Source: a virus
Lineage: Duplodnaviria; Caudoviricetes
IMG/VR virus record: IMGVR_UViG_3300028048_000092
Coordinates: 32,001-96,000 of that record
Direction: 5' to 3' (one strand)
DNA length: 64,000 nucleotides
Part shown: one piece after another, positions 9,261-16,666 of the stretch
Position numbering within the stretch: the stretch's first letter is position 1
Layout: every line of letters begins with the position of its first letter
Translations under genes and position numbers: made by a program
The notes under the pieces: model-generated
Seen by the model: the letters and a program-made list of their open reading frames with translations, nothing else
Told to the model about the DNA's origin: nothing
Databases searched by the model: none

Positions 9261-9844
9261 CTCTCAAATGAAAGGAAAATGAATATGAATCTTTTCAGAT
9301 GGTTCAAGAAAGAAGGAGAGTTAAAGTGAATCAAGCACAGAGAAAGTATTTTATTAAGCGTTTGAATGATATTGCGCATCAGCAAAGAGTTGTTCTAGGA
9401 AATGAATATGATAAAAAGTATGCAGCTTTTATCGGACAAAACCAACGTACACTGGCATATGTAAAGAAACATAAGAGACAGGTTTCCGAACAGTTATATG
9501 CTATGGCCCTTCGGCTTCTAGAGAGTGAAGAGTACAACAAGAGTATTGTACTTGATAGCGCGACAAGTAGCCATGCTCCGCAGTTTGTTGCAGATTGTTA
9601 TAAAGAAGCAGAAGAAGAAAGGAAGCAGACTCAAAAGGAACAGTTTTCCAGATTGGAGCTTTTGGACAGGAAAGTAGAAGAGCTGATGGACAAGTTTTAC
9701 TTCAGTGAGATGCCTTCTGCCTGTGAAGAACTTCTTAAAGAACTTAAGGAGTTTGCAGTTTAAGTTATTAACCATGGGGGCCTCCGGGCCTCTCTCAAAT
9801 GAAAGGAAAATGAATATGAATCTTTTTGGATGGTTCAAGAAAGA
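9261..9844 (+). repeat. direct repeat of ~55 bp (9261-9313 and 9792-9844)
   Basis: ctctcaaatgaaaggaaaatgaatatgaatcttt(tca/ttg)gatggttcaagaaaga occurs twice, each after a short GC hairpin. Confidence 0.85.
9326..9763 (+). CDS. hypothetical protein, tandem paralog 2
   Basis: GTG start after AGGAGAG; paralog of 8788. Confidence 0.8.
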   Translation: MNQAQRKYFIKRLNDIAHQQRVVLGNEYDKKYAAFIGQNQRTLAYVKKHKRQVSEQLYAMALRLLESEEYNKSIVLDSATSSHAPQFVADCYKEAEEERKQTQKEQFSRLELLDRKVEELMDKFYFSEMPSACEELLKELKEFAV

Positions 9845-10448
9845 GAAAGAAGACTGCGTTGTTGAGACAATAAGGGCACACGCAGGGTTGCACGAAGCAA
9901 TAACTCAAGCAATGCTTTCTCTGGGCGACAGAGTCCACAAGCTGGAAGCTTCTTTAAAAGAATTAAAGGAGAAGCAGGATAAAACACCTAAACTCCTGCA
10001 GAAACTTAGAGGTAAGCTCAATAATCTTCGCTGGAGGCTTGGCAATATTGAAGGAAAGCTCGAAGAGAACCCGCCCGAGGTTGTCACAGAGGAAGTCGTT
10101 GAGCTCCATCCTTCCGATAGAGAACTTGACTGGGGCTCTGAAGAAGAACCTAAATGCTTCCAATCCGGTAAATCTTATCTTGCTTCAGATACTAATGAAG
10201 CAGTTGCAGACGGAATTACTTTGCAGGGAGCTTCTGGTATTCAGTACTTTGTGCAGCTTCTCAAGAAGCAGGAAGAAGCGGAGAAGCTTCTTGAAGCCCA
10301 GCAGAGGATGATCAACAGGCTGTTCAGGATCGCAAACACTACTGTAATAGATCCCTATAAATCCATTACAGACGATCTCAGAAAAGCTGAGAAATGGAAG
10401 AAAACTTTGAAGAAGAAACTTAAAGAGTTTAAGGAGGAGAGAGTATGA
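9810..10448 (+). CDS. coiled-coil hypothetical protein
   Basis: ATG 9810 after AAAGGA; heptad-rich. Confidence 0.7.
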   Translation: MNMNLFGWFKKEKEDCVVETIRAHAGLHEAITQAMLSLGDRVHKLEASLKELKEKQDKTPKLLQKLRGKLNNLRWRLGNIEGKLEENPPEVVTEEVVELHPSDRELDWGSEEEPKCFQSGKSYLASDTNEAVADGITLQGASGIQYFVQLLKKQEEAEKLLEAQQRMINRLFRIANTTVIDPYKSITDDLRKAEKWKKTLKKKLKEFKEERV

Positions 10449-10555
10449 TATTCTTTTTAGCTTCAGCTTGTTTCATTACGGGCGTCTTTACAGGAATGAT
10501 TATGTTTATGATGATGTTCTCGAGTCCGTCAAGGAAGAAAAAATAAGGATGTACT

Positions 10556-10927
10556 ATGAATATTACACCTAATGATGTTTATTGGGTGCTTCAATTGGAT
10601 CAAATTCATGAAGCTATAGTAGGAGTTATATTGTTCATGATATTGGCTTTTATCGGCCTGTTTGTCTGTATTATGAGCGCTATCTCAGACGAAGTTGTCA
10701 GTAGGTTTGTCGGAAGTACTGTATTGTTTATTCATTTCCTTGTAGTTCTCTTGTTGTTCGGAGTGATGGTTTTCCTTCCAACAACAAGAACTGCATTAGC
10801 TATGTATGTGGTCCCGAAGATTGCTGATAGTGAAGTTGTGGAGAAGCTGCAAGGGGATGCAAAGGAGTTATATACACTGGGGGTTGAGAGATTGAAAGTA
10901 GAACTGAAGGGTAGGAATGTCAAGTAA
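10556..10927 (+). CDS. membrane protein (2 TM helices)
   Basis: YW+LQLD, two hydrophobic segments, FLPTTRTALAMYVVP. Confidence 0.75.
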   Translation: MNITPNDVYWVLQLDQIHEAIVGVILFMILAFIGLFVCIMSAISDEVVSRFVGSTVLFIHFLVVLLLFGVMVFLPTTRTALAMYVVPKIADSEVVEKLQGDAKELYTLGVERLKVELKGRNVK

Positions 10928-11156
10928 GCTTAAGATAACGGACAAGATCGACATTGAATATTCGGCGGACAATGAGTTAGCACAGGCTATAGAAGAGCAC
11001 AAAGAGTATATAAAAGCTGAGACGCGCTGTACTTCATTGCGTCGTGTTGAAAAAGCAGGTAAGTTGGTCGATATTAACGGTAAACCTTGCAGAATTACAA
11101 TTAGAAAAAGTACAACGGAAGGAGCTCTAGATGATCAGAGACATTGCTTTTTGTGA
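10917..11156 (+). CDS. stand-alone IleRS C-terminal-like domain (DUF5915-like)
   Basis: LKITDKIDIEYSADNELAQAIEEHKEYIKAET...DINGKPCRITIRK resembles the C-terminus of type-2 isoleucyl-tRNA synthetases (recognised by eye). Confidence 0.6.
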   Translation: MSSKLKITDKIDIEYSADNELAQAIEEHKEYIKAETRCTSLRRVEKAGKLVDINGKPCRITIRKSTTEGALDDQRHCFL

Positions 11157-11364
11157 TAAGTGCGGAGTTGTCTTAAATGATAAACAGCAGGAGGGTATCA
11201 ATGTTAGGTTTAGATCTTCCTGGCCAGACTATCATCTTGTATTATGCAGTGAGTGTTTCAAGGAATTCGCTAAGCTAGAAGAAACTTTTACAGCTGCGCA
11301 AAGAAAGCTCGAGAACAGCAGTTGCAAAGAGATGGCTCAGCATATTCTGGAAAAAGAGGAATAA
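11131..11364 (+). CDS. small Zn-finger protein
   Basis: FCDKCG ... LCSEC. Confidence 0.7.
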   Translation: MIRDIAFCDKCGVVLNDKQQEGINVRFRSSWPDYHLVLCSECFKEFAKLEETFTAAQRKLENSSCKEMAQHILEKEE

Positions 11365-11942
11365 TGGGAGATGAAAAAAGTCAGAAGTCGTTGAATGGTA
11401 TGAAGTTACTGATACTCGACATGGATGGTGTAGTAAATCGAGGTGCTGATAATTGTTCCCCTGACAGACATATCTATGATGATAGATTTTCTCATGTAGT
11501 ACCTATGCAGAACGGTAAGGGTACCTGTGAGCTTACTTATGTGGACCCTGAACTGGCTAAGCGTGTAAGTAAGCTTATATCTGATTATGATCTTTATATA
11601 GTATCAAGCTCTACCTGGCGCCTTTATTATAGTCAGGAGGAGTTTAAAGAGCTTCTTACTCTTAGGGGACTGCCGGGAGAACGTCTTGTAGGATATACAC
11701 CTAATCTTTATAGAGACAGCTCTTTCTTCGGTGGAGGCTGTCCCAGGCGAACTGAGATAAGGGCCTTTATGGAGCATGCTGAAGAAGAATTTGGCTGGGA
11801 TATTGAATTCTATGTTATCTTAGATGACGATCCTTCGGCAAATTATGATACAGAAAAAGGCAGGCTCTTCTTAACGGACTTCGATAAGGGCTATGATGCG
11901 GAGATCGATAAGGAAGTGAGAAAGTACTTGGATGAAAAATAA
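11364..11942 (+). CDS. HAD-family phosphatase (Swiss-army-knife RNA-repair-like HAD)
   Basis: LILDMDGVVN, IVSSSTWR, GYTP, R..EI, YVILDDD. Confidence 0.85.
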   Translation: MGDEKSQKSLNGMKLLILDMDGVVNRGADNCSPDRHIYDDRFSHVVPMQNGKGTCELTYVDPELAKRVSKLISDYDLYIVSSSTWRLYYSQEEFKELLTLRGLPGERLVGYTPNLYRDSSFFGGGCPRRTEIRAFMEHAEEEFGWDIEFYVILDDDPSANYDTEKGRLFLTDFDKGYDAEIDKEVRKYLDEK

Positions 11943-12156
11943 AAAGGTTTGGTATATTTATTCTACTTATAGAGGGGTTTCTTCTACAGGACCTTTTTAT
12001 AAATCAAAAAAGAAAGCCAGGGAGCAGCTTGATAAGTATTGTATAGGGCACTTGTGTCGATGGCTAGACAATGGTTATAAGAATAAGTGCCTTGTTGTAT
12101 GTGATGATAAGGGTGAAATACACTATTATCAGATACTTTCTGCAGAATTGAATTAA
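11932..12156 (+). CDS. hypothetical protein
   Basis: Last full gene of the TAG-free cluster. Confidence 0.6.
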   Translation: MKNKKVWYIYSTYRGVSSTGPFYKSKKKAREQLDKYCIGHLCRWLDNGYKNKCLVVCDDKGEIHYYQILSAELN

Positions 12157-12226
12157 AGGAGGTGCTGTTATGGAGATGTAGCTAAGATAAATTGATGCGC
12201 GAACGATTGAAAATTCCTTTTAGCCA

Positions 12227-12272
12227 GGGAGCTTGCAGGGCGCTGTCCACGCCCTGTGGAGCTCTCTTTTTT
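12227..12272 (+). terminator. intrinsic terminator ending the early cluster
   Basis: GGGAGCTTGCAGGGCG/CGCCCTGTGGAGCTCTC stem followed by T tract. Confidence 0.75.
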
Positions 12273-12281
12273 ACATATCAG

Positions 12282-12758
12282 TCAGATTACTGTATAGAAC
12301 ATCAATCCCTGACTGAGCTATGTGAGTTTGTTCTAAGTCTCTTCTTTAGTATAATAGTTGCTTAGAGATATGGAAAATGAGTTTGACAGCTATGCCAGTT
12401 TTTCATCTACCTAAATCTTTGTATAGTAGTCAGAAAACTTTTCTTTGATACTACTTAAAGAGTTAGATATCTCACTTATAATATCGTTTATCTGTTCTAT
12501 AGTATAATAGTCTTGAAAACGACTCTGTAATTCAGACAGAGAGTTTGAGATATCTGCCAGAAACTGATCTATTTCATTTTTTGTATAATAGTTGCTGAGA
12601 TCTGTCTGGGGAGGGATCTCTACTACGTTACCGTTGGGCAGCTTTGCTTTCTGCTTTATTGCGCCGTTCTCTATTGTTTTATAAACAAGAACTGTTCCCT
12701 GCAATATATTCGAGTTAGCAAAAGAGCTGTCGGATTCTATTTTCTATACTCTGGCCAT
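12282..12758 (-). CDS. tail-fibre-like YYTK repeat protein (TAG=Glu)
   Basis: ATG 12758 to TGA, 158 aa, five in-frame TAG; four YYT-x-x-E/Q repeats. Confidence 0.8.
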
Positions 12759-12842
12759 TTTTAAGTCCTTATCTAGTTCATATAAGGGTACTTGGTAAAG
12801 TGTATAAAGACCTTGTAAAAGAGCTAAAAAACAGGCCCTTTT

Positions 12843-12855
12843 TTGGCATAATAAG
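12843..12855 (+). promoter_or_regulatory. TTGGCATAATAAG extended -10-like motif (also at 14725-14737)
   Basis: Identical 13-mer upstream of two transcription units. Confidence 0.45.
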
Positions 12856-12946
12856 TTGAAGGAGATTACAAGGTTGTAATCTTAAAAATTTAATCCTTCC
12901 TGGACAACTGTCCAGTTTCTTTAATGCCATAATAAAGGAAGTTAAA

Positions 12947-13318
12947 ATGGCACTTTAGAAAATCAGTTCGGTGAGAGCAGCCGCTCTCCTCGTCGCCACT
13001 GCAACCAATGTCTCCGATTTCAAGGACTCGAAAGAGTACCTGTTACAGGAGATATAGAGAGCGATGGTAAAAGGAGATTCTCAACTGGGAGTATATGAGT
13101 AGGCTGTAAAAGGCCTGCTCTTGTAGTACCCGGGAGAGGATAAGGAAGCTCTCACTGAACAAGTGATAAACCGTCTGTAGAAGGACTTACCGAAGTTCTA
13201 TCAGAAGTCCTTGAAAGTCTATAGATGGCTCAAATGGGGGCTGCTCCCCGGAATGGCTTTAGCCTTTGGCTGCGGGATCCTGTGTGGATTCTGCTGCAAA
13301 GGGTTGGGGCTGTTCTGA
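12947..13318 (+). CDS. hypothetical protein with C-terminal TM helix (TAG=Glu)
   Basis: AAAGGA RBS, 123 aa with five TAG, TGA stop. Confidence 0.7.
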
Positions 13319-13529
13319 ACGCAGTTATACATATTAGAGCTGGATTTCGCTTGCCCCGGGGAATTGGCCCCCGAATGCCGCGAACCAGCTTTATTTGTTT
13401 ACCGTCTCAGTGTCTCTAGGCCAAAAGAGACGTCGTCCTGAGCAAGACGTTAAAAGGCTCCGCGCTTTTTCCTTAAGAGGGCCTCTTCTATTTTGTTTTT
13501 CTTTTTATTTCCTTATTGTTTTGTAGAAG

Positions 13530-14285
13530 AGACTCTCCTAAGGCGAAAGCTAAAGGCTTCAGTTCACCAGAGCCTGCAATAATAATCTGGCGAACCGGTC
13601 CTGCCGAGGCGAGCGAAAGCAGTTTCGGCTTTATAAGGACAGACCGATGCATCCGGTCAGGAATACAAAAGATGCCCTAGTGCTGCAGGTCAAGCACCCC
13701 AGACAGAAAGGGTTAAAATCGCAGTTGCTCTGGAAGCCTGATAAGCTTTCCCGTGGATACTTCCATTCGCGGACTGGAAGGAGGGACAGAAGAAAGGAAT
13801 GTCAATTCTCTCTGAAGTCCAACCCGAAGAGCCGCCTTAAGTGGCATGAGCTGTATCACGCAGCACAAATGTGACGGGACTTCCGGCAGATCCGGAAGGA
13901 GCTGAGAGGCGTTGTCCGGTGATGCGGACATCTGGCCAGCCCAATGGGGCGACACATGGAAGATTCGTATTCCATGTTGCGGAGGAACTGACGAGGCAGT
14001 GGTTCCTTCTGCAGTCCGAAAGGTTGAGATACCTGTAGGATGTTTGATGTACAGTCTCAGTACATCAACGACAGCAAAGCAAAGGAGATACAGAGGAGCT
14101 ACACTTCTCTGATGTTGAAAGAAGTTTCGGGAAACATTCTATGAGTACAGGCTTTGACAAGCCAAAAGGCTCCGGATGCCAACTGAAATGTATTTTGACG
14201 AATAGCAGCAAGGTTCTATCAAGAGCTAAGCTGTGATGTAGATCAGGGAGCTGCCATATTGGGAAGGAGGTATGGCAGATCCTTT
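13530..14285 (+). ncRNA. candidate large structured ncRNA
   Basis: No credible CDS in either code; more than 10 adjacent hairpins, GAAA/TTCG loops; boundaries approximate. Confidence 0.5.
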
Positions 14286-14290
14286 CTTAT

Positions 14291-14372
14291 GGGGCTGAGA
14301 AAAGTTTCGACAGCATGGAAAGCCAAAGTGCACCTGTCTGGACCCCCGGGGCAGTACCGGGCAGCTCCACCA
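14291..14372 (+). ncRNA. mini-tmRNA (tRNA-like domain only)
   Basis: GGGGCTG/CAGCTCC acceptor stem with G3.U70 and ACCA end; stemless D-loop ending TTCGAC; GAC linker; CCCGG-GGCAGTA-CCGGG T-arm. Confidence 0.8.
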
Positions 14373-14395
14373 ATTAAAACACTAAGGAGGAAGAA

Positions 14396-14641
14396 ATGGA
14401 ACTTAGAATCAGTAAACACGATCTGGGTGGAACTCATATAACTTTGACTAAAGCTAGTATAGGTTGTATTGAGAGAAAAACTCTTAATAGAGTTTTAAAG
14501 AGGTTCGGCAAGCACTTACAAGTAGAGGAAGAGCTGTGTGATAGTGTTACATATGCTATACGCGGCTGTGTCCCTACAGTTAACTGGCTTTTTGAAGTTA
14601 CATGTAAGTTCCCTCATATCAAAGTTGTAAGAGAGCAATAA
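14396..14641 (+). CDS. hypothetical protein
   Basis: AAGGAGG RBS; TAA stop; terminator follows. Confidence 0.7.
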   Translation: MELRISKHDLGGTHITLTKASIGCIERKTLNRVLKRFGKHLQVEEELCDSVTYAIRGCVPTVNWLFEVTCKFPHIKVVREQ

Positions 14642-14643
14642 TA

Positions 14644-14680
14644 AAGGCCTCCCAACTAAGGGAGGCCTTATCTCTTTTTT
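14644..14680 (+). terminator. intrinsic terminator
   Basis: AAGGCCTCCC/GGGAGGCCTT stem plus T tract. Confidence 0.75.
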
Positions 14681-14739
14681 ACATAGCAGCCATTCCAAGC
14701 ACCTTCTAAAAAGTTCCTTTATTATTGGCATAATAAGAT

Positions 14740-14801
14740 GGTGCTGAGGTAAAGGTGCCATAGGAGAAATCCGAGAGCCGGGTCCGATCCCCGGAGCACA
14801 C
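14740..14801 (+). ncRNA. small tRNA-like element
   Basis: GTGCT/AGCAC stem and CCGGG-TCCGATC-CCCGG T-arm, between a promoter motif and a terminator hairpin. Confidence 0.4.
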
Positions 14802-14855
14802 TTAAGCTCCCTTATGGGAGCGCCCTATTTCTTTTTTACACTGTAGGTAGATTAT

Positions 14856-15302
14856 TCAGCGCCCGGGAGTGTCATATTCAAGTTCCCATCCAAGGGACTA
14901 TATCTTATCTTTTTTAGCTGGGTACCATAGGCTGTTCTGGTCATTTTTAATGTAGACAACACCCGGAGCTATATTTGCAGGAGGAGTTCTGAGTCCCCAT
15001 GCACCTGCGTTTCTATCATAGAGCCCTCTTTCAGGATTTAATATAGCCACCTGTTGCTTTCCCCTGAGATGTGGATCTACTTGCTTTCCCCTGAGATGCG
15101 GATCTACACTGGCAGCAGGGGATTTATATCCTGCTTTTCTTGTATTTTTCCGGCTTGCTTTCTGCTGTGCTTCCCATTTTGCAGCGCCGTTGACTGCTTG
15201 TCCCCAGGGCTACCAGATTCTAGTAGTTCCCTTTTCAACCGGAGCGTTCCCAGCTGAATATGTTGCAGCTATCTTCCTGAGTGTCTCTTTGTAAGTATGC
15301 AT
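14856..15302 (-). CDS. putative virion-internal protein (TAG=Glu)
   Basis: MHTYKETLRKIA N-terminus; 148 aa; contains a 27-bp tandem repeat (VDPHLRGKQ x2) at 15054-15107. Confidence 0.7.
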
Positions 15303-15327
15303 AATAACCTTTCGCGTTACACTTCAA

Positions 15328-15340
15328 GGGGGGGGGGGGG
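15328..15340. repeat. G13 homopolymer
   Basis: 13 consecutive G in the intergenic region. Confidence 0.9.
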
Positions 15341-15352
15341 CACGTAAAAGGC

Positions 15353-16570
15353 TTATTTTAGAGGCTTGAAAGAAGGTACCTTTTTAATAGTGCGGATCAC
15401 CTGCTCCCCGTAAATGCCCATTGTACATTCAAACTGCCTGGGAGTGCCTTTGTATTTGGGACACCATAAGTAGTCCTTATGATCGAAGTTGAAGCGCTTG
15501 TCATCCCAGCACCCATTGCACACATTGTAATTTATCACTCTGTAAGGAGTATAAAACTCGCAGGAAGGCAAGGAGAATCCTGAAATAAGAACTACAGGCA
15601 CCCTGCAGCACCATGCCAGCCAGGACATCCCTGATCCAAGTCCTATAAAGAAGTCGGCATCTTTTATAAGGTTTATCCTCTATTGCAAAGGCAAAGCTCC
15701 CGTAGCGTCCTCCACTCCCCAGGGAACATGGTTCCATATAAGTCCATTCCCGTAGTTTCTATCTTTGTTTATGCAGTAGACCTTATATCCCTCTTCTTTA
15801 AGAAATCTTATGACAGAGTCCCATCCACAGGGATTGTTCCAGTGCTTTGTCTGGGAGCTTGCCTGTGTGGATATGACACAGTACTTCTCTTTTATCTTTC
15901 TTTTTGCGGAAAGGTCTACTCTCGGTGGAATATCTTCATCCGATACATCAAGTATATGTGCAGCTGTCTTATGCAGTCCGACTTGTCTGAAGTCAATAGG
16001 CTGCCACTAAGTGTTCCCTCCGAAGAACAGCCCCATGTAGTAAGTAGCATAAGGCTTCAAATCAATGTTCTCTTTAACAGAATAAAAATAAATATCGGGA
16101 TACTGCTTCTACAGAAGCTCCTTTATATGGCCTGGCATAATGCAGTGCAGTCTGCAGTGATGCTTCTGCTGGAATCTCTATACATAAGAGAACCATCCCA
16201 GAGTATCTCCTATGGCGCCGTCGGGGAAGTTTATCACAACGTCCTTCTGAGAAGCATCGTAGGTATGGGTAAAGAGGATCTCTTTCCTGTCAGGGGAAAG
16301 TATCTGCAGCTTATAGTTGATGAAGTACATTTTGCTGCTGAACACTTTTCCACCTGCTTTTACAAGCCCGTTGTAGAAGACCGTCCCGGTGTCCTGATCT
16401 GTAAGGGTGAACCAATGGTCTCCGCTGTCCTTGGGGAAGCTTATTCTAAGTCCCTTGTTGAAGTCATATTTAATGCCCTCTACAGCTTCCATGGTAAACT
16501 GGGAAGGTACCTGCCAGTACACCGGAGGTTTTACAATAGGTGCAGGGGAGAGGGAATCGGAAGTCGACAT
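15353..16570 (-). CDS. autotransporter strand-loop-strand O-heptosyltransferase (Aah/TibC family, TAG=Glu)
   Basis: YDFNKGLRI, GAIGDTLGWFSYV, QASSQTKHWNNPCGW, FIGLGSGMSWLAW, CNGCW...WCP...FEC; four TAG join the two ORF-track pieces. Confidence 0.88.
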
Positions 16571-16666
16571 ATAAAGGCTCCTGTTTGATGTTTTGCTCTA
16601 AGTGATGTATACAAGGAATATACGCATTCGCGTATAAGTATAAAGGAGAAAGGGAAAGTAGGGCTT

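Noticed and set aside
13530-14372. Group I/II intron, RNase P RNA or full-length/permuted tmRNA
   Set aside because: No P7 pairing, domain V or GAGGAAAGTCC motif seen. The tmRNA ends are in normal order and only 82 nt apart.
13225-14441. Short ORFs in the ncRNA region
   Set aside because: No RBS or coding-like composition; they overlap the structured RNA or a real gene in another frame
15683-16588. 301-aa + strand ORF in the track
   Set aside because: Antisense shadow of the heptosyltransferase
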